64,000 bases of DNA. It comes from Desulfonatronovibrio sp. (GTDB lineage Bacteria > Desulfobacterota > Desulfovibrionia > Desulfovibrionales > Desulfonatronovibrionaceae). Under the pieces are notes generated by a model. That model did no database searches. It was not told where the DNA came from and was given only the letters and a program-made list of their open reading frames with translations. Every line of letters begins with the position of its first letter. Position 1 is the stretch's first letter. Positions 57,772 to 64,000 of the stretch are shown in pieces. Location: positions 1,237-65,236 of the forward strand of contig SKKD01000034.1 in assembly GCA_007121655.1 (NCBI GenBank), read 5' to 3'. A program made the position numbers and the translations under genes.

Positions 57772-60399
57772 CTATCCAGGTAAAACGCGCATCAGGTAAC
57801 TCTTTTCAGGGGCGAGATATTCATCGGCCAGTTCCCGCAAGTCCTCCGCAGTGACTCTGCCGGCCCTATCCGTCATTTCAAGGTTGAATTCCAGGTCGAG
57901 GTCCTGGACCAGCAGCGAGGCTGCTTCACCGGCCCGGCTGGATATGGTCTGGCGCCCCCGGTGATACTCTCCAAAAATCAGGTTGGCTGCCCGGTTCACC
58001 TCATCTTCCTGCACTGTCCCGGATCTCAGCTGATCGATTATTTTTTCAAAACCGCTTACGGCATCATCCAGATTGTCTTTAGAAGTCCCGATATATAAGG
58101 CCAGGAAACCTGTTTCCGGGGTCTGCCACAAGAGGGAGGTTACTGAATAGGCGAGGCCCTGCCGGTCTCTGAGCTCCCTGAAAAGAATCCCGCCCTGACC
58201 GGCCAGAACCTTGTTCAGGACACTTAGCGCCGGTGTGTGTTCGTGTTCTTTGCCTGGAATGGGAAAGACCATAAGGACATGGGCCTGGGTTCTGTCTTTT
58301 AGCATCAGGTCTTTTGTTTTCTGCTCTGACCAGGCGAACTCAGCTTCGACCTTTTTCTTTACTGTCTCTATTTCACTTAGCTTGTCCACCAGGTTGTCCA
58401 CTGCCTGCCTGTCTATGCTTCCGCAAACAGAAATCACAAAGGGCAGAGTCCGTTGTTTTTCCCAGAACGAGCCAAGCATTTCAGGTTCGGCTGCCATTAT
58501 AAAATCTTCCTCTCCCAAATGAAGATAGCTGTTGGAGCCCGAGGAAAACAAAAAAGGGAAAAGGTGTCTGAAAGCGTAGCCAAGGGGGCGGTCCTCCTGT
58601 TGCCGGATTTCAGCAACCTGGTCTGAAGCAGCTCTTTGCAGTTCGCCCGGAGTAAATGCGGGGTCCAGAATTACTTCAGCAACGAGCTCCAGTATGTCCG
58701 GGCTGTACTTCGCTGGAAAGCGGGCCGACAGACTGAAGCTGTCCCTTGAGGCGGATGCGCTTAAAGACGAAGCCCTGTCCCTTAAAAACTCCTGGATCTC
58801 TTCAAAAGATCTCTGGATTGTTTCTCTGGTCAGTGCTGCTGCTGAAAGTTCGGGCAGGCCCTGCCATTCGGGTGGGACCAGTCTGTTTCCGCCGGGCCAG
58901 GCAATGCTGATGGAAGTATGGGGCAGATGCCGGTCATGGATAAGGACAAGTTTTCTTCCACGGCCAAGATCCATTACTTCAGTCTTGTCATCCGGGGCAG
59001 CTTCCGCCTGGACCGGAACATCGTCTCTGCCGGAAACTGTTTTCAGTCGGCTGGAGAATAATTCCCGGGACAGGGTGACCTGTTCTGGAGCCAGGGCTGT
59101 GATTACAAAATTTTCCGGGATCAAAATATGTTCAATGATATCCTGCAGATCGTCCCTGGTAACCCGCTCCAGGTTATACAGGTATTTTTCCTCTGCCCGG
59201 GGGTCTCTTTCAAACAGCTGGTTAAATCCCAGTTTCGAAGCGGTGCCTCCCAGGGTTTCCGCGGACCTGAAAAGTCCTTCCTCGATATTTGTTTTCGCCC
59301 TGTCTATCTGTTCCCGGGTAAAATCCGCTTCGCTGAGAATGGATAAACGGTCCATAATTTTTTGCCAGAAGGGTTCAATCCTGTCCGGGTCCATTCTGGA
59401 GTAAAAATACATGAGCCCGGTCCTTTCCAGAGACAAAACCTGGGCGGATACCTGGTCGACCAGCCCAAGGTCATACTGAAACTCCCTGTAGAGCAGCGAA
59501 GTTTTATCTCCGCCCAGAAGATAAGCCAGAACATCAAATGCGGCTATCCTGGGAGAGCTAAGGGGAGGGGTCTGTACGGCCATGGCCATGTAAGCCTTTG
59601 TCCATGGGCCGTGCTCCACATTAACCCGTTCGTCCAGAGATTTGTCGCGGATTGAAATTTCCAGAGGCCCGGGCAGGGCCTCTGTTCCTTTGTTAAGAAG
59701 GTGGCCAAAGAGCTGCCGGGCCTTGTCCAGGGTTTTACCGGGTTCCAGGTCGCCGCTGATGGACAGAACCATGGAGCGGGGCTGGTACCTCCGGGACAAG
59801 TAATTTTTCAGATCCCCGGAATCAAACTCCATGACTGTTTCATTGAATCCCAGAATAGGATGCTCATAAGGAGTATCCTGAAAGATCATGGACTGGATGG
59901 ACCTGAAAACTCTGCTTCCGGGATTGTCCAGGGATCTTTGGATCTCGGACAGGACAACGTTTTTTTCCTGATCAAGTTCATCAGGGTCAAAGACTGATCC
60001 AAAAACCATGTCCTGAAGCATGTCCAGGCCCAGCTCCCATTCCTTGGCCGGCAGGTCAATGGTAAAGACAGTATAGTCAAAGCTGGTGGCCGCGTTGATG
60101 TATCCGCCGACTTCTTCGATCTCACCGGCCACCCGGCCGGGTCCGCGCTTTTTCGTGCCCTTGAAGACCATGTGTTCAAGGAAATGGCTGATTCCTTCCT
60201 CTCCGGGCTGTTCATAAGCTGAACCGGTCCGGACATAGAGACGCATTGAAACAAGGGGGAAACGCTTGTCCTGTTGGATAACCACCTGAAATCCATTGGG
60301 AAGTGTGTGGTATTCCTGTGCTCTGGCCATAGTTGACAGTCCTGTTAGTGTTAAAATGGTTGAGGATAGAAAAATGCAGATAAATATCTTTCTGATCAT
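57772..60399 (-). CDS. M16 family zinc peptidase (exported)
   Basis: HFLEH inverted zincin motif, INAATSFDYT, LRDRQGLAYSV; signal peptide; AGGAG RBS before ATG 60399. Confidence 0.93.
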   Translation of the reverse strand: MIRKIFICIFLSSTILTLTGLSTMARAQEYHTLPNGFQVVIQQDKRFPLVSMRLYVRTGSAYEQPGEEGISHFLEHMVFKGTKKRGPGRVAGEIEEVGGYINAATSFDYTVFTIDLPAKEWELGLDMLQDMVFGSVFDPDELDQEKNVVLSEIQRSLDNPGSRVFRSIQSMIFQDTPYEHPILGFNETVMEFDSGDLKNYLSRRYQPRSMVLSISGDLEPGKTLDKARQLFGHLLNKGTEALPGPLEISIRDKSLDERVNVEHGPWTKAYMAMAVQTPPLSSPRIAAFDVLAYLLGGDKTSLLYREFQYDLGLVDQVSAQVLSLERTGLMYFYSRMDPDRIEPFWQKIMDRLSILSEADFTREQIDRAKTNIEEGLFRSAETLGGTASKLGFNQLFERDPRAEEKYLYNLERVTRDDLQDIIEHILIPENFVITALAPEQVTLSRELFSSRLKTVSGRDDVPVQAEAAPDDKTEVMDLGRGRKLVLIHDRHLPHTSISIAWPGGNRLVPPEWQGLPELSAAALTRETIQRSFEEIQEFLRDRASSLSASASRDSFSLSARFPAKYSPDILELVAEVILDPAFTPGELQRAASDQVAEIRQQEDRPLGYAFRHLFPFLFSSGSNSYLHLGEEDFIMAAEPEMLGSFWEKQRTLPFVISVCGSIDRQAVDNLVDKLSEIETVKKKVEAEFAWSEQKTKDLMLKDRTQAHVLMVFPIPGKEHEHTPALSVLNKVLAGQGGILFRELRDRQGLAYSVTSLLWQTPETGFLALYIGTSKDNLDDAVSGFEKIIDQLRSGTVQEDEVNRAANLIFGEYHRGRQTISSRAGEAASLLVQDLDLEFNLEMTDRAGRVTAEDLRELADEYLAPEKSYLMRVLPG

Positions 60400-60540
60400 C
60401 TTAACTCCTGAATTGTTTAATCTTAATTTCATGCCTGTAAATATCCGGATCAGTTGAACCTGTTTTAACGTCGGCACAAAAGACTCATATTTTGTCAGGC
60501 TTAATAACGCTTTTTGCCTCCCAGGGCAAGATAAGGGGGT

Positions 60541-61023
60541 TTAGATTCTTGCGGTCAGCTTAAGAATCAAGGTCAGTACGGCAAGGGCGTAGATCCCGGC
60601 CAGAAGATCGTCCAGCATGACTGAATAACCCCGGGGTAGCCAGTTCTCTGAGCGTCTTATGGGAAAAGGCTTGGTGATATCAAACAGCCTGAACAGGAAA
60701 AATCCCAGAGCCAGGTTAAAAAGCGAGGCCTGGGTTATGAACAGAAATGTTGTCCATTGCCCCAGAACCTCGTCAATGACGGCCTGTCCCGGATCTTTGC
60801 GCCCGAACGTTTTTTCGGCTGAAGAGCAGGCAAGGGAGCCAACCAGGAACAATAACCCGAGAATGACTATTTTAACAGACAGGGAAAAGGGAATGAAAAG
60901 CCAGGGGGCCAGAATAACGGCCACAAGAGAGCCCCAGGTTCCGGGAGCTCCCGGCATGCGGCCTACAAAGCCCAGGGTTGCCAGACTGGTTAAAGCTTTT
61001 TCTTTAATTCTGTTCTGCTTCAC
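60541..61023 (-). CDS. pgpA: Phosphatidylglycerophosphatase A
   Basis: APGTWGS, DPGQAVIDEVLG, FRLFDITKP, MLDDLLAG. Confidence 0.94.
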   Translation of the reverse strand: MKQNRIKEKALTSLATLGFVGRMPGAPGTWGSLVAVILAPWLFIPFSLSVKIVILGLLFLVGSLACSSAEKTFGRKDPGQAVIDEVLGQWTTFLFITQASLFNLALGFFLFRLFDITKPFPIRRSENWLPRGYSVMLDDLLAGIYALAVLTLILKLTARI

Positions 61024-61697
61024 AAGGGTTTTTCTCCGGACAGTCTAAGTGCGTTTATCTCCAGCAAAGCTGTCCAGACTTCTGCCAGAGGAAAACCCAC
61101 CACGTTGGTATAGGAGCCATTGACGGATCTTATAAGAAACCCGCCCAGCCCCTGGATGGCGTATGCTCCCGCCTTGTCGGCAGGTTCTCCGGTCCTGACG
61201 TACTCCTCAAGTATGTCGTCACTGGCCGGTACCATCTCTACCAGGGTCTGACAGAAAAAAGACCTGTCCGTTTTTTGAACCGGGGATTTAATATGTACCC
61301 CGGTAATAACCCGGTGGGTATTTCCACTGAGCTTCTTCAGCATTTCAAGAGCGTGGGCGTCTGAGCACGGCTTGCCCATGATGGTCCCCTCCAGGACGAC
61401 AATGGTGTCAGCGGCGATGACCAATGCCGCCGGCTTTTTATCGGCCACTTCAAGGGCTTTATACCGGGCAAGTGAAAGAGCGTAATCTTCAGGCGACTGG
61501 CCTGTTACAGGGGCAGGCTCTTTGAACAGGGCAGGAATCACCTGAAAGCTGATTCCCAGACTTGTCAGAAGGGCCTGGCGACGGGGTGATGCCGAGGCCA
61601 GAATAATGTCCACGGCTGCTCTGAAAGGACCCTGATAGTCGAGAAAAGAGCTGCCGGACAAAGAGCTTCCTCGTTTCCCTGAAAGCTGCTTAACCAT
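61020..61697 (-). CDS. maf: Maf family nucleoside triphosphate pyrophosphatase
   Basis: ILASASPRR, ADTIV, GKP, DKAGAYAIQG; start uncertain. Confidence 0.92.
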   Translation of the reverse strand: MVKQLSGKRGSSLSGSSFLDYQGPFRAAVDIILASASPRRQALLTSLGISFQVIPALFKEPAPVTGQSPEDYALSLARYKALEVADKKPAALVIAADTIVVLEGTIMGKPCSDAHALEMLKKLSGNTHRVITGVHIKSPVQKTDRSFFCQTLVEMVPASDDILEEYVRTGEPADKAGAYAIQGLGGFLIRSVNGSYTNVVGFPLAEVWTALLEINALRLSGEKPL

Positions 61698-62331
61698 CCC
61701 TGTTGCCCACTCCGGCCAGACAAAGCCACAGTCCACCAAAGAAATATTTCCTCTCTCCAGTGACCTTAAGCCCGGGGCGGGAGCCGATCAGGCCCTGCAG
61801 CCCCTGGTTCTTCATGAACAACAGGTAGTTCCTGAAATGTTTCTTCCCGGCCAGGCGCTCGGGAACGCAGGAAGCATAGTGCATCACTCTGGTGGCAAAG
61901 TTTTCTATCCGGCCATGATCAAGAATAGCCAGGCAGCCTTCCGGTCTGATGATGCGCATCGCCTCGCTGATGATCCTGTCCTGGGTGTCGGGCTCATTCT
62001 CATGCAGAACAAGACTGATTACGGCAGCGTCAAAGAAGCCGTCCCTGAAGCTGGTACTCTTTATGTCTTCCTGATGATAGGTGATTTCATCCGGAGTCCT
62101 GGCCCTGGCCTTGCGGAGCATGGCAGGGGACCTGTCCACTCCGAAAGTCCGTATTCCGTGTTTATGAAGGAATAAGCATTGTCTGCCTGTGCCGCAGCCC
62201 AGGTCGACAGCATGGGCAGTCTTTCTTGCCAGCAAAAGCCTGCAGATATCCCTTCGGACGAAGTCCAGCAAAGGGTTTAGTGCCAGATCATAAATTTGGG
62301 CTATGCCCCGGTAGTCATCTGAACTGTTCAT
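61690..62331 (-). CDS. Class I SAM-dependent methyltransferase
   Basis: VDLGCGTG, VDRSPAML, LVLHE; ATGA coupling with the upstream HAD gene. Confidence 0.88.
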   Translation of the reverse strand: MNSSDDYRGIAQIYDLALNPLLDFVRRDICRLLLARKTAHAVDLGCGTGRQCLFLHKHGIRTFGVDRSPAMLRKARARTPDEITYHQEDIKSTSFRDGFFDAAVISLVLHENEPDTQDRIISEAMRIIRPEGCLAILDHGRIENFATRVMHYASCVPERLAGKKHFRNYLLFMKNQGLQGLIGSRPGLKVTGERKYFFGGLWLCLAGVGNRDG

Positions 62332-62945
62332 GTCAAACCCGGACAATACACGGACAAATCCTTGATAAAGCTCTGCCGGTCTGTAAAATGGATTGTTTTT
62401 AATCCTCTTGCTCCGGCCCTCTTAATGTGGGGGAGATGATCGTCAATAAAGACGATGTCTCCCGGGGCGCAATTCAACCAGTGAGTCAGCTCTTCAAAAA
62501 CAGCATGATCGTTTTTGCTCAGATTTATGTGGAAGCTGTTATACACCCGGTCAAAGTACTGAAAGAACTTGTCCCGAACATCCAGTTCATCCAGCCAGTT
62601 GACCTGATCGCTGAGAATGGACGTGCCCACTCCCCGGGATCTAAGATCCGAGACAAGCTTCAACATCCAGGGGCGAAGCACAAACCTGGAAAGAATTTCA
62701 TTTCTGAGCTCCTGGTCGGTTCCGGTGATTCCTGTTTCATGACGCAGTGTCTGCCAGAAGTTTTCCTCCAGAGCCCTGCCTGTCAGGTAGCCGGTGGATA
62801 AAATTGTTTTTTTAGTGGTCTCAAGAAGATAATCACCGTCAATGCCTTCCTGCTTTGCTATGGCGTGAAGCCCGTTCACAAAACCTTCTTCAGCCAGGAC
62901 CCCGCCAAAGTCGAACACTGCCCATTTAATGCTGCAATTACTCAT
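62328..62945 (-). CDS. HAD family phosphatase
   Basis: FDFGGVL, ILSD, FIDD. Confidence 0.88.
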   Translation of the reverse strand: MSNCSIKWAVFDFGGVLAEEGFVNGLHAIAKQEGIDGDYLLETTKKTILSTGYLTGRALEENFWQTLRHETGITGTDQELRNEILSRFVLRPWMLKLVSDLRSRGVGTSILSDQVNWLDELDVRDKFFQYFDRVYNSFHINLSKNDHAVFEELTHWLNCAPGDIVFIDDHLPHIKRAGARGLKTIHFTDRQSFIKDLSVYCPGLT

Positions 62946-63030
62946 TTTTGTCACCGCTTACAATTAACCTTAAGAAGAACAGGTAAAAACTCAATTTTTA
63001 ATTATCCTTTCGCAAAGAATAAAAAATTCT

Positions 63031-64000
63031 TTACTTCGTCCCGGTCCCGCCGGGAAGCTCAAGTTCCCGGGCCAGCCCGGCAAAGGCGTTCCTTACGGAT
63101 TCAAATTCGATTTCACCCATATCCGCCCTTAAAGAGAGACGAAGCCTGGCAGTATTCTCAGGCACTGTTGGAGGGCGGATCGCGCCCGTGAATATTCCGG
63201 AATCAATCAGCCTCTGCCGGGCTTTCAATGTCAGGCTGTTTTTTCCCAGAATAACCGGTATGATCTGGGTTGAGCTTTGACCGGTGTCAAAACCAAGTTC
63301 CTGCAGAAAACCTCTGATTTGACGAGATTTTGTCAGGAGCAGGCCGCCCTGTTCAGGCTTTTCAAGGATTATTTCCAGGGCCGCCAGGCTGGCCCCGACC
63401 ACGGCCGGAGGAAGAGCCGTGGAATAAATAAAGGACCTGCCTCTGTTTATGATCAGGTCAATTATTTCCTTGCTCGAGGCAATGTAACCCCCGTATGATC
63501 CCAATGCCTTGCTGAAAGTGCCCATATGGACCTGAATTTCCTTTTCCAGGCCAAGATGGTGGGCAAGGCCTCTACCCCGGCCGAATATTCCGGTGGCGTG
63601 GGCTTCATCCACGACCATCAGCACATTGTATTTCTTGCATAAATCAACCATTTTTACTAAGGGGGCGGTATCGCCGTCCATGCTGAAGACAGTGTCCGTG
63701 ACCAGGATCTTTGAGGGACGGTCCCGGTATTTTTCCAGGATAAAGCTTAAATGATCAGTGTCATTATGGCGGTATCTGATGTTTTTTGCTCCAGACAGGA
63801 TGGCGGCGTCAATAATGCTTGCGTGATTCAGGCGATCTGAAAAGATGGTCGTGTTTCTGCCGGCCAGGGCACCAAGGATGCAGAGATTGGCTGTAAAGCC
63901 CGATCCGACTACAAGGGCTTTTTCCTGGTTTTTAAACTCGCTCAGCAGCTTTTCAAGTTGATCATGGAGTTTATAATTCCCGGATATGAGCCTGGAAGAT
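63031..64000 (-). CDS. bioF: 8-amino-7-oxononanoate synthase (5' end beyond the window)
   Basis: Frame open to the window edge: SSRLISG, DRLNHASIID, FSMDGD, DEAHATG, GTFSKALG, IRPPTVP. Confidence 0.92.
   Translation of the reverse strand, partial: SSRLISGNYKLHDQLEKLLSEFKNQEKALVVGSGFTANLCILGALAGRNTTIFSDRLNHASIIDAAILSGAKNIRYRHNDTDHLSFILEKYRDRPSKILVTDTVFSMDGDTAPLVKMVDLCKKYNVLMVVDEAHATGIFGRGRGLAHHLGLEKEIQVHMGTFSKALGSYGGYIASSKEIIDLIINRGRSFIYSTALPPAVVGASLAALEIILEKPEQGGLLLTKSRQIRGFLQELGFDTGQSSTQIIPVILGKNSLTLKARQRLIDSGIFTGAIRPPTVPENTARLRLSLRADMGEIEFESVRNAFAGLARELELPGGTGTK

Overview
About 64 kb of chromosome from an anaerobic sulfate-reducing deltaproteobacterium. Gene content and order are Desulfovibrionales-like; the taxon is an inference. 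1-10 kb is a nitrite/NO-stress island: Fe-S protein, cupin, ferredoxin, a sulfite/nitrite-reductase-like Fe-S protein, flavodiiron fprA, nrfHA, hcp and a divergent Crp/Fnr regulator hcpR, with several TTGAY-N4-RTCAA boxes. It is followed by a class II photolyase, frdCAB plus two-subunit fumarate hydratase, xth, a cysteine synthase fused to a catalytically degenerate CysRS-like module, an orphan PilB/GspE ATPase, ilvBNC with yggT-divIVA-yggU, an acyl-CoA synthetase with an XRE-cupin regulator broken by an in-frame TAG, a degenerate CoA-disulfide-reductase/rhodanese protein, tatA, miaA-coaD-rsmD, an NtrY-like kinase, dapB, ligA, proA, a paaK-like ligase, cobO, gmhA, an M16 peptidase, pgpA, maf and a partial bioF. 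No rRNA, tRNA, CRISPR array or transposase was seen. The most notable items are: (1) the CysK/M-CysRS* fusion, which lacks HIGH, KMSKS and most Zn ligands but keeps the anticodon-binding end; (2) a 6x24-bp in-frame repeat expansion inside Hcp; (3) fprA bracketed by ~52-bp inverted repeats with IS-like ends; (4) an amber-interrupted but otherwise intact regulator; (5) several pseudo-enzymes. All calls come from manual motif recognition; no database searches were run.
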